Positions 25,435 through 36,953 of a stretch of 64,000 nt of DNA are shown piece by piece. Position 1 is the stretch's first letter. Each line of letters opens with the position of its first letter. A program made the translations under genes and the position numbers. The stretch lies in NCBI GenBank assembly GCA_001662655.1, contig KV460206.1; one strand, given 5' to 3'. Under the pieces are notes generated by a model. The model was not told the origin of the DNA and did no database searches. It worked only from the letters and a program-made list of their open reading frames with translations. The stretch is from Pseudogymnoascus verrucosus (lineage: Eukaryota).

Positions 25435-26934
25435 ATGGCAATCCTCTCCATTCTTCCCAAAATCTCCGTCACAGTTCATAATGCGCAAGGACAACTACCA
25501 GAATATGCCGATGATGAACCAGATGCTGTTAAAAAGCAGAATTCGCCCTTTTCCGTGGTAGTTTCGAACTACGTCGAGGTTCCATCAGATGGTGGTCCAT
25601 TCTGGCTGAAGTTTCGTGTCGAGGCACCTTACACGCATAGGCCTAATCGCATCATTTTCGCATTCGAGGACCCCGCTGGTTATCTCGTACAAATGAGCTG
25701 TGGGCCCCATGATTTGGTGAATGCGGAACCATGGGAAAGACTAATGGATGGATATTACGATTACGCCGACGAAGAAGCACTGTTTAGGAGCTTTCAGTTC
25801 ACTAAGTTGAACATACTTCCAGGGGACGGCGAGAGCGATGATATATCCGAAATGGACAGAAAGAGGATGGCAAAACTTGGAATGCTAGAGGTCAGGGTTT
25901 TACTAGGAACATGGCAACACTCAGAAGGCTCAGAGATGGGAACAGCTGGTGAGTCTATAAAACACCTCCCAGTAATGGCAAGCCAAAAAAAACACCCGAA
26001 GTGCTAAATAATGCCTTAGACATTTCTGAATCCATCGACCATGCCGCTTTTACTGCAAATATCGCAACTGAAAAAGTTTCCGAAAGAAAAAGCCTATCAC
26101 TAGGCATGACGTTAGTAACATTAGTCTCGGGGGGGACATCTATGCTAATTGTTCAACACAGATACAACAACGAAGTCGTGGATGCTAATGAGATTCCCGA
26201 GCCTGCTGATTTTATTTATCTCAACGGATGGTGGGATCCAGTTGCTATATTTCGATTTAAATACCGATCAAGAGGTACTCTCGAATTCTTAAATTCATCA
26301 TTTAACACGAAGCTAATGAGACATGTGCAGCCGATCTCCAGAAGTTGCTATTGGTTGAGAAGTCTCCCGAACTTGAGGAGCTCCCTAGGGAGAAACTATT
26401 GCCAACACTACCGACCACCCCATTGCCCTCATGCGCGCCATCCCTGACCCCAGCTTCGAAGGCCTTTGAAGACCTCACATTTTCTGAAGTTCGAGACCTC
26501 GCGAGAAAGCAGTATATGGGCTTTGATAAGGTGGGTGGAGATGAGATGGAGACGCTGGCAAAGCAGAAGCACGCCGAGCAAATGGAATATGCGAACGATG
26601 AAGTAACTAGGTTATTCTTTGATGAACTCACATTTGCTCAAGTTCGGAACCTCGCCAAAAAGCAGCATAAAAGCTTCGAAGAGTTGAATACAGATGAGAT
26701 TGAGAAGCTGGCCAGACAGAAACATTCTGAGTCAATCGTATGTGCACTCTCTTGAGGTGCCTCTCTATTACCTTCATTGAGATAAGTAACTAACGCGGAG
26801 ATCAGGTATCACCCCAGGCGCTCATTTCAGGAGCAGCGGATGAAAGAAATGGCCAAGGGAAGAGAAAGGCGCCTATCAAGGCTGAAGATGCAGATGGGGC
26901 CGCCATTTCCGTATTGGCGAAGAAGAGAAAGTAA
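25435..26934 (+). CDS. Fungal hypothetical protein (DUF7918-like), 5 exons; introns 25949..26019, 26111..26161, 26275..26330, 26738..26805
   Basis: MAIL..ISVTV..LPEY..NYVEV..FRSFQFTKL..LGMLEVRV..PVAIFRFKYRSR|ADLQKLLLV pattern. All four introns have GT/AG ends and keep the frame to TAA at 26932-26934. Confidence 0.65.
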
Positions 26935-27718
26935 AACGGCAACAGTTGCTACGGACACAGAAAGTCAAGGAGATAAAAAGCTTGAGCTGCACGTCCCAAT
27001 GACGGGTGTAGACTGCTGGTCAGAGTTGAAGATTTCAATGGCTGGTGCTAACTATTCAGACTTCTTTTTTGTTCTCTGCATTCGTTGAAATTCGAATTGA
27101 TGTGCCATAGCATATCCCAATCAAAATCAGGGGGTCTGCCTTTCGTCATCACCTTCTCATTCAAGGTTACATTGTTACTGCACTCCAACTACAGAACCAC
27201 AGCGTCCTTTCATGATTATACCCAGAAACATTACTACGAGGAGTTAATTGGGCGGAGGATATTTTTTTTTCATTTTGCAAAGCATGGCTTGGAAGGGGGA
27301 AATGGGCGCGGATCGGTATCTCAAATTCCCGAAATCAAAAAGGGAGACGGGTCAACAGCCATTGCTATAAAATATGCGAATGGGACGATGGACGGATGGA
27401 CGGATGGACATAGCATTTTGAAGTCAATCGAGCAATAATATTTCCAAATATCAATGCATTGTGACCGCTAATCCCCAAAATATCTTCTCGTGTACATGTA
27501 CCCACAAGCATTGCCAACAAGAGGAACATAAAGCTTGTCCTTTTCCTTACTTGTTCGTAGCTTATATCCCTACTCCAATCTATGTTTTATCCACAAGGCG
27601 CCCTGTCACCGCGCCTTCTACTCCTTCCATGTATGTACCCATGGTCATCTCTTCCCTCAATCGCCCACTTTCGGCCACACCAGGCCCGGCTTGTTTGTTT
27701 TGCACATGATTGCACCGT

Positions 27719-28680
27719 TTACCTATCCTTCTTTGGCAGGGTCTCGGTGGACTGTGTAGCAGCGTACTTGTCGCTGAGCTCATTGTACTCCCGAGTAAGA
27801 CCGGCACACTGCTTCTTCAGGTTCTCGAGGTCCTGATCTTTCTGGGCGAGCTTCCTCTTCAGGTTTCCGATCTCGTTGATACCGCCAGCCTCCTCGAGCT
27901 TCTGGGCGTCCTTGCCGCTGGCCTTTGCGTCACCTTGGTATTGCTTGAGCTTGGTCTCGAGTCTTAGGGTCTCCATGATCTGCAGATGTGTTAGAGAGGT
28001 ATTGGGAGGTTTGGTGCAAGAGGGGTACTTACCATCAGGTATGTGCGGTTGAGAATCAGAGACAGGAACAGCGTGAAGCCGCAGAGGTACATGTTACGCT
28101 GAGAGTAAAACTTGCGGGCCTGAACTTCCATGCGCTCATGTCCGAGAACAGCTCTACTAACTGTGGTTAGTACTATACCTGTAATATGGATATAAGGACA
28201 CATACCCAGTTTGCGATTGCTCACTTGCCAGGGCGAGTTCAACTTGGACTCGGTACACACGGTTTACCTGGGATAGTCAGTACCAAGTTCTTCCTTGTGG
28301 CATCAATGTTTTGGGAACATACACTGTCTAAGAACAGGATAAGGATGAAGATAAACGTTATCTTCAGACCGTATTGTATCTTGGCTATGACAGGACTTTC
28401 TTCGAGGGTATTAGTATTGGCCTGGGAGGTTTTCGAGGATCTGGAGCACACGAACCGGAAATGAAAGTGTAGAGCTGTTTGTTGGTTAGCAGCTGGCAGT
28501 ACTGGGGGTGTTATGGTGGTATCTTACCTTGAGCCTCCAGTTGAATGGGAGGGGCACGATGAGAAGGACAAAAAGCCCCATCTCCGCTACAAGTAGCATG
28601 AAGACCTGCAGTATCATTAGCAAGGCAAATCATGGATCCAGGACGCGCGATAGACTAACGAGACTGTAGTAGAGCGTCAT
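27719..28680 (-). CDS. BAP31/BAP29 (Yet3-like) ER membrane protein, multi-exon with microexons
   Basis: MTLYYSL|VFMLLVAEMGLFVLLIVPLP..FIFILILFLDS..RMEVQARKFYSQRNMYLCGFTLFLSLILNRT..coiled coil..KKDR* (C-terminal KKxx ER retrieval signal). Confidence 0.9.
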
Positions 28681-29027
28681 CTTGGAGGTTGTTGAAGCTT
28701 GACAATATTGTATGTGTTCCGTTTCTGGAGAGGTTATAGAGTCAATGCTGTAATGAGAGTATGGCAGAGGATCGCGTAGTAGCTATTCGCCAAGGGAGAG
28801 TCTTACTACTGCAAAAGATCAGTTAGTGAGTGTATTGTAGAGCTTCACGAGCAGTAAAATACCTTTGGACTTTGCAGGTGCAGTTGTTGGGGAATATTTG
28901 AAAGTTGTCGTGTGTTCTTTGGGGACGTCAACTCCAACTTGGCAACTTGCAAGGCAACGTCATTCGCTTGCGACAAGAAGCTTTGACCCCACACTGTCTA
29001 TCCAAGGCAGTGGCAGGGTTAAAATTT

Positions 29028-29087
29028 CACGTGCAAAAAGATCACGTGAACCAGATTAGTCAACACGAACTAATCGCATAACACGTG
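29028..29087. promoter_or_regulatory. Three CACGTG E-boxes in the divergent BAP31/ral2 promoter
   Basis: CACGTG at 29028, 29043 and 29082. Confidence 0.5.
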
Positions 29088-29309
29088 AGTAGCGCCCAAT
29101 CGCAGATTGCGCCACAATTCCGATAAGGCCATTGAAATTCATTCCGCATTCAGGAGCGATCGTTCTTTGAACCCATTACCACTGCCATTTTCTCGTGGCT
29201 CTTTCCTCACTCACCTCACAACCGCCTCGAAAGATACCTGGCTCTCTGTCTGGCCATTGCATTGCAACAGTTACCTGCGCCGTTGATGGGATTCTAGAGG
29301 ATTGCGAAA

Positions 29310-31709
29310 ATGGCTCAGCCCTCTACCCCCGCCAGCAGCAACGTGGGCGTATTTGGCTCGGCGATCTACTCAGGTGCCGGCAGTCATGCACCCCTCGGTC
29401 TCACTCCAGGTTCAGCTGCTTCCTCGACCAATACCTTCCTCATGCCGAATTCACCAGTCAAACCGGCCGCAAAGGACAATTACCGACCAAAAGTGGTTCG
29501 GACTCTTGGCCAGAGACCTGCCTGCTTGGTGAATGCGACGGTGACCTACTGTGGTGGGAACAACATATATGCGTTTGGTGGATTCGATGCCTATACGGAC
29601 GAAGTCTACAATCATGTCTTAAAACTGGACATGGTCAGCCATCAATGGAGCTTGGGTGCGTTCTCCCCACCATATTCTGGAAGACATTTTTTGTACCCAC
29701 CAGGGTGTCTCGGATCATTGGACAAAAATGTGATATATGATACTAATAGACAACCACAGTTGACAACTATGGCGACATTCCAGGTGTTAGAATGGGTATG
29801 TATTGATACTGTAGAATGCGTATAAAACTCGTCCTAACGATAAACAGGGCATACTGCCACCCTCTATCAAGGGGACAAGCTCCTCATCTTCGGTGGTGAG
29901 AATGAGCACCGAACTTATCTCTCCGACCTCATTATATTCGACCTGAAGACTGCGCACTGGACACAGCCTGCCGTGACCGGCCCGATTCCAAAAGGAAGAG
30001 CCAGACACGCTGCCGTGCTCCACGAAGACAAACTTTTCATAGTTGGCGGAATCACTGGGCACAACAATTATGTCTTGGACGACATTTGCTATCTCGACCT
30101 CAAGACATTCACCTGGTCGCGAGCATGGCGATTTGTTGGTCGCTTCGATCATCAAGCATTTATCTGGGGTGATAGGATGTGGGTATTTGGAGGCCTCAGC
30201 GAAGATGCCGAAAAGGTGGGAGACATCTACTGGCTTGACCTCAAAGGCACTCCCGCTTTCGATTCCCCTCCCGCCTACGATACTTGGGACCGCAGAGTTT
30301 CCCGCCAAGGATCTACTCGCCAGAGTGCAGCATCGAGCCCAGCACCTGTTGGAAGCACGGGCTATGCGGCAAATTCGAGCAGCGCGCAGGTTAACCCCGC
30401 TTCATTCCAACTGAACACGTCGCCGCCAGCAGCTCCCGGCGCAGTCTCGTCCCTCAAGTTCGTTTCAGGACCTAATATTCCAGCTCAAGGATCTGGCATG
30501 CACTTCCACGTGTTTACTTCAGGAAATCTCCTTGATTTCGTCACGCCGGCTGTTACCATCGCCCCTGCCGATTGCTCGCTGTCCTCCCTGGACCTGGATA
30601 CCCTGCGCTGGCAGAAACTTGCTGAAGGCCGCGAGATCTTCAGGAGCGGTTACCGCTGGCATTACTGCACGATGAACGAAGACGGGACCAAAGCCTGGCT
30701 CCTAGGCTGCCCGACTGACCCAGCCGCCACTGATCTTGGCCCGAACGGCTTCGAGGAATACCTCAGCGACATCATGGAAATCGACCTCCGCAAATACGGA
30801 CTCCTTGGGAACGACCTCGCCAAAGAGAACCGAGCCGATGTCAGAACTCCATTTACGTCACTCTCAGGCCACTCTGGCCGAAGCACCCCGCAGCCTTCCC
30901 GTGGCCTCGGTGCTGACTTGGCGATTCTGTTCAACGTTCCCCCTGAGAGTGGGAGCGGCACAGACTTCATCGTCACCGCCTCGCGCGAAGACGACGACTG
31001 GGACGACGACGCAGCCATGTCCTCCGCCGGCTCGCCCTCCGGCTCTATCCTCGTCCAAAACTGGCTCGCCCCCGACGCCTCAACCTCCCAACCCATCCAC
31101 GTCCACAAACTAATCCTCCAAGCTCGCTGGCCCCATTTCGCACGCCTCTACAACGCCCAGATGGCCGAGTTCCACACCAAGAAAATGCACATCCCCGAGC
31201 CCTACCCCGTCGTCAAGGCGTTCCTCTACTACCTCTACACGGATAGCATCCACATGGACGACGTCCCCGAACTCAACGACGTCGCGGGCCTCCTTGTCCT
31301 CTCGAACATCTACAACATCCCCCACCTCCGCTTGCTGTGCGTCAACCGCCTCTCCAAGGAAATGGACGTCGAGCACGCATGCATCACCTGGCACAGCGCT
31401 GGCGTTGCGAACGAGGAGTGGCTCCGCAAGCGCGCGGCGAATTACTGTCTCCTCCACTGGGGCCGCGTGGTGCGCACGCAGGGCTTCTTGAAGTTGCCAC
31501 GCATGGCGCTAGTGGATCTGAGTCAGGAGATTGATATGGAAGGTCGCGTGGTGGGGGGTGAGGAGCTGGAGGTTGTGGGTGGCCTCGGGGGAGGAAGGTT
31601 TGGGGTGGGAGGGGCGTCGGCGAGGAAGTTTAGTGCGGGGAGTAGCGCGACGCAGATGCAGAGTGGGGAGGAGGGGGAGGAGGATGATGAGGAGATGGGG
31701 GTTTCGTGA
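29310..31709 (+). CDS. ral2: Ral2-like kelch-repeat + BTB protein; introns 29656..29759, 29796..29847
   Basis: Kelch blades (IYAFGGFD, GHTATLYQGDKLLIFGGEN, RARHAA..LFIVGG, MWVFGG), then BTB region (TDFIV..IHVHKLILQARWPHF..FLYYLYTD). Both introns splice in frame. Confidence 0.85.
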
Positions 31710-32105
31710 GGGAGGCGCTTTCTGTGGTGAGGGGGTTGGGGTTGGCTTTGCTGGCTACTTCACCCTTTATTTTTGCTCATCCCGTTGGGGGGTATATTAG
31801 GAGGAGTATATTACGAGGGACGACGACGACGGGATGACGGTTCATCGGCGGCGTTTATTATCTTGCTGCTTGGGGAACGGGGATATTTGTTATGTTTATG
31901 TTTTCCGTGTTTGGCATTGGCTTGGGGTTAGACTTTGCTTTGGGAAAAGGGGATTCGCTTTATTTGCTGGTGGCGTTAGATATGAGTAGATGCATCATGA
32001 TATGATGATAATACGATGCGTTCTAGAGTACTTGCACATAGGGATATGGTTTGCTCAGTCAATACAATGCTTTTCTGGCAATTATTGATATTGGTCAGTG
32101 AGGCT

Positions 32106-33000
32106 GGTCGGTCGCTCTTTCCTTGCCGTCCTACCTTAGAAGCATGCCATTCCTTCCTCACCGTCTTGAATTAGACGTTAGCTGTTCCTTCCTCACCGTC
32201 TTAGACTTGAAAGTTGGCTGCTCTTTCCCTATCACCTTTGATCTTTGATCTTGGTCGCTCTTTCTTCACCGTCCTGGAATTTGACCGCTCCTTCCTTACC
32301 GCCTTAAGCGGGACGCTCCTTCCTCACCGTCTTGAATTAGAGCTTAGCTGTTCCTTCCTCACCGTCTTGGACTTGGACCTTGGCTGCTCTTTCCTCATCA
32401 TCTTAGAACTTGTAAGTCAGCCGCTCCTTCCCCTCATATTAGATCTTGGATGTTAGTTGCTCATTCCTCACCTCTTGGACCTTAGACCTTGGCTGTTTTT
32501 TCCTCATCATCTTAGATCTTATTCGCTCTTTCCTCACCGTCTTGGATCTTAGAACTTGGCTGCTCTTCCCTCACCGAGCTTAGGTGCTCCTTCCTCACCG
32601 TCTTGGACATAGGAGTTAGCTGTACCTTCCTTGCCGTCTTGGATTTATGGCTGCTCTTTCCCAATCATCTTCGATCTTGGAAGTTAGTCGTTCTTTCCTC
32701 GCCGTTTTCAGACTTAGACCTTGGCTGTTCCTTCCCAATCATCTTGATCCTGGAACTGGACCGCTCTTTCCTCACCATCTCGTATCTCAGGCCTTGGCTG
32801 CTCTTTCCTCACCGAAGCTGGCTGCTGATCGCTCCTTCCTCACCCTCTCGGGCTTTGGAAGTTGGTCGCTCTTTCCTCACTATCTGAGAACTTGGTCCTT
32901 GGCTGTTCCTCCTTTACTAGCTTGAATCTCGGTCCTTACCATCTGAGAACTTGCTCCTTGGCTACCCCTTCCTTACCAACTTGACTCTCAGACCTTCCCT
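32106..33000. repeat. Degenerate tandem array, ~25 units of mostly 35-37 bp, core GCTC(C/T)TTCCTCACCGTCTT
   Basis: Core anchors at 32119, 32154, 32189, 32225, 32262, 32292, 32320, 32355, 32391, 32428, 32464, 32500, 32530, 32567, 32591, 32627, 32658, 32695, 32732, 32768, 32805, 32836, 32873, ~32910, 32932, 32969. Confidence 0.9.
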
Positions 33001-35843
33001 TCTCTCATAATCTTACACCTTAGCCCTCCAATCCTCACCGCCCTATATCTTGGCCCTTTCCACGCCCAGCCCTTCAAATCCCTTATTCTCAAAACGTGCC
33101 CCCCTCTGCTTTCAAATCCCCTCCCCTCCTGGCTCTTGGCCCGTCATCCGCCCAGCCCTCCCCCCTCCGCCCAGCCCAGCCCACCCCCCCAGCGCCCATC
33201 CCTCCCCTCAACAACCACGGATTTATAATCCCGCCGCCCTACCACGCCGACACCAATCACTGCCGGCCCTTGGCACATACCCATCCCCCTTGGCAAACCA
33301 ACTCCCCCCCTTCCCTTCCTCCAATCCACCCACCAGCCACCAACAGCCACACCCCTACCCCTTCCCAGCACATCCGCCAAGCCGAGCCTGACAGCCGAAG
33401 TCCACTGGTCTTCCAGAAGAACGCTAGAAGGCTTACTAGCGCTAGTCTTTGGTAGGCTTGGCGCCGGCGGTGGAGGGGTGATTGGGTTATGTAAAGTGGG
33501 TGGGGGGCGAAGGGGAGAGGAGAGTGGGTGGAGTGGGGGGGAGAGGAGGGAGGTAGGTGGAAGTACCGCGAGGTACCACTTTGTTGTTGCGCGTGGATGC
33601 GACGCTGCTGCTAGTTGGTAGTTGGTGGTGTTGCCAGGCTGGTGCTTGCGATGCGAGAGGTGAGCTTGCTTGCTGGACTGGACTGGACTTGGACTGCCTG
33701 GCTGTACCTTGCTCAGCTGTGGTCGGTGAGTGGCGTAGGGGTTCGGCGAGGGCGGTGGTATTGTTTTGGACGACCGGCGAGACGTCGGCGCGGCGATGGG
33801 ATTACTGATCTCCCCATTCTCCCATCTCCTGTTCTCCGTCCTCCATTACGCCCAATTCCGCCCTCCCCGTCCCATCGCATCCCACCGGAGCCCATCCATC
33901 CTCCACCGCCCTACCTCACCGTCGCCGCCGCACCCGACAAACCACCCACCCACCAAGCAACACACCAGCCGCCCGCGTGCTAAACGTCGTCTGTCCCACT
34001 CTCAACTCTGGTAAATGAGCGCCGTCGTGCATACGCATCAGTAGTAGCAGTAGTATTAGTAGTAGTGGTAGTAGTTAGCCCAGTCTTAGCACTCGACTAC
34101 AGGGCTTTGCATGTCTGTGTCCGTTAACTCGCGCAGTTGGCCCGCGCCACGGGAATCCACATCCACTCTGTTATGCACGGAATGTGTGATGTGGGCAGCG
34201 GTGGGCGGTGGTGGGCGGTGACGGACTTTACCGGGCCGGTTTTTGATGGGTAGGCGGCGGCGGTTGTTTGCTTGGTCCCACTGTGGTTTGGAGTACTCCT
34301 GGCTTTAGATGTTTATGTACTCTACTTCCTCAACTATACTATAGTTATAGTAGCCGACGACGGATACAGTATCCATAATGCACGCCGACCCAGCGCCCAG
34401 CACAATTTACGTCCCTACGAAACCCACCTTTCCACCAAAGCCACAGCAACCATTACCCGTCCCCCCCCCCCCAAGCGGGCCTGCTCGCGTGCGTCAACGC
34501 ATCCAAAAATTTCCGGATGGGGAAATTCGTTCAACTCCAGCCGGGTGGGGGTGCACACCACACCACATCACGTACGACGTTGTGATCGGCCCCATGGGTT
34601 AATTGGGCGGGCGCGGACAGGGGTAAGGCACGCAGGGCGAACACTTGGCGGGAAAGTTATGGGAGATGAGATGAGGTGAGTTGAAGGGCGCGCGCGGCGC
34701 GTGGTGTGTTAGAGACGGGGGGGTAGGGTTTTCGGATTAGGGCTTCCCCCCCTTGCCCATTTCTCCGCGGCGTGGGATAGAGAGAGTGGGAGGAGAGAGA
34801 GAGACCGGCAGATACAGCGGCAGCAGCGGCGGCGGCGGCGTGGATTGCGACCCAAGGATACAGCTCGAGACGCCGTTTCGGGCGTGCCGTGACTTGACTT
34901 GTCTCCAGAGCCTGACGACGCGCATGCGCCGGTCTTTTCCAGATTCTGACTCGTGTCAGGGAAGACTGATATCACGTGCAAGAACGAAACACCTTGCGAG
35001 CTACCCTTACCTTAGCCACATCGCTCGGTGGCGAAAAAGTTGAACCGGTGCAGCGGAGGGCGGTGGCGGGTGCATTTGCGACCGCGTGGGAAGCGGCCAA
35101 TGCGCTGAGGGTAGCGCAGGGCGGGATTCCGGTTTCTTGGGTCAGGACCGCCAGTCAAGTCGGCCAGAGCAATACGATGGCAGTCAAGTCAGCTTGGCTG
35201 TGTGGTATGTAAGTGCCGGTGTTGCGGAGAGGCCGGGCGGCAGACATACAATACATGCCTACGCAACTGTACTGTATGTACGTAGGTGTAGGTATGTGCG
35301 TATATGCGCAGCTACGTAAGGTGACTTAATTAATTATTGAAAGAGGCAGTATGTAGGTAGTTAGGTACGGGATGTACGCGCGCTATACATACATCATCCC
35401 TCCCAGCTGGGTATCTATCTTCGTAAGGGGTGCGTAATCGGCAATGTAGGTACAGTACTGTAGGCGGGCGGGAGGAGGTTAGGTAGGTGATAAAATAAAG
35501 AGAGGCACGTCATATGCAAATCCCGACCACCACCACCACCACCATCCATAGAACAGCATGCCGCACGGATGGTGATTCCCATTCCCATTCCCCTTCCCCT
35601 TCCCCTCACCTCGTTCATACTGTACCCCATACGTAGATACATGTAGAATGGTTCGGAGAAATCAAGGAAGTGCCAAGAGGGAACCACGGTGTCAGAGCGG
35701 GAGTTTCCATTGAATGATGGGAATGGGATGGGCGGGAAGCCACGATGACAGAGTGGGAGGTAATGATTTGATGGATGAATGGCATGGAATGGGATAGGAC
35801 GGGACGCGCGCTCTTCTCGAAAGGTCGTACGTTGATCTGGAAC

Positions 35844-35931
35844 AATTCCCGCTGTTTCGATTTCATGACAAGAACGCTATGGTGGTAATTCCCGCTGGTT
35901 CATTCATGGCAAGAAGGCTATAGTATGGTAA
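35844..35931 (+). repeat. Imperfect ~43-bp tandem duplication
   Basis: AATTCCCGCTG..TTCATG(A/G)CAAGAA(C/G)GCTAT..GGTAA occurs twice in a row. Confidence 0.8.
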
Positions 35932-36953
35932 AGTCTATCTCATTGCATATTCGACCGCCGTTAAAATGTAGCATATTGTAGAGTGCACTCCTTGCCAGCC
36001 AACTAACAGCCCCCAGTCTAACTCCCCGCCCCGGACTCTAAAATAAATAAAGTAAAATAAAATAAACTCCGTCATTGATTGACCGAACCGACCCGTCCTG
36101 TTTCATTCCTCTCGCTGGCTCTCCCCAATCCCCATGACTCCTCTTCGAACAGCGATCCAAAAACATTCCAGTCTCCTTATTTCCCCCCCTTCTTGTCTCT
36201 CTCTCTGTCTCTTCCAACTTCTGCTAAAACAGACGTCGCAATGGTAGCATGCAATGCCCTTTATAAAAATAATCCACAGGAAGTGAAGATGACGAGGAAT
36301 TGACGGAAAAAAGGCAGATAGATCCATGTACAAAAATCGTAATTACGCCGTAATGCGAAGTAAAAACCCCAGCTGGTGGCCAGACCGCAACTCTTCTCCC
36401 ATAGCACTTCTTCAAAAGGAACAAATCCAAGAAACCAGAGCAAAAAGCAAGAAAAAGCATAGCAAGGAGGAGGCAAGCACAAAAAAACAACAAAGCGGGA
36501 AGGTAAAAACGTATTCGTTCAGTGTACTGTTTAAAGTAAAAAAAAAGCGCTGCACTTTTGGGTTTTTGGCGCTCTCTTGAAATCGTGAGTGAGGCCGGTA
36601 ATTATAAAATCCATGACGAGGTAAGTAAAGGAAGTTTTTCTAAACGAAAACTCGGCTGAGCGAGTACATGTGTAGTGGTGGAGGGTAGGGAGAGAAGGCC
36701 ATCGGGGCGTAAAGTGAGTGCATCGTCGTCGACCTTTATTGTAGCGTCGCCAGCTCTCGAGCGCGGCGCTGCGTGCCCGGGGGGTATCGTGTGATCTCGT
36801 TCGTTTGTTTTAACGCCGCGCAAATGCATGATGAAATGATGATGGCCCAAGAGAAGAAATAATGCAAGAAAACCGTCCGACGCCGTGGAGGAGCAAGTGT
36901 GTTGTTTTTTCGGGCCGAAGAGAGTGTTATGGGGTATCCGTCGCGGGGGGATG

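Noticed and set aside
25990..26010. Apparent frameshift at the A-run between ORFs 25435..26007 and 26001..26447
   Set aside because: It falls inside a canonical GTGAGT..TAG intron (25949..26019) that restores the frame.
32214..32925. Leu/Ser-rich ORFs over the array
   Set aside because: Unit lengths do not preserve frame; the ORFs are by-products of the repeat.
32106..33000. CRISPR array interpretation of the repeat array
   Set aside because: Eukaryotic context, no cas genes, degenerate repeats, and the variable segments are related to each other rather than being unique spacers.
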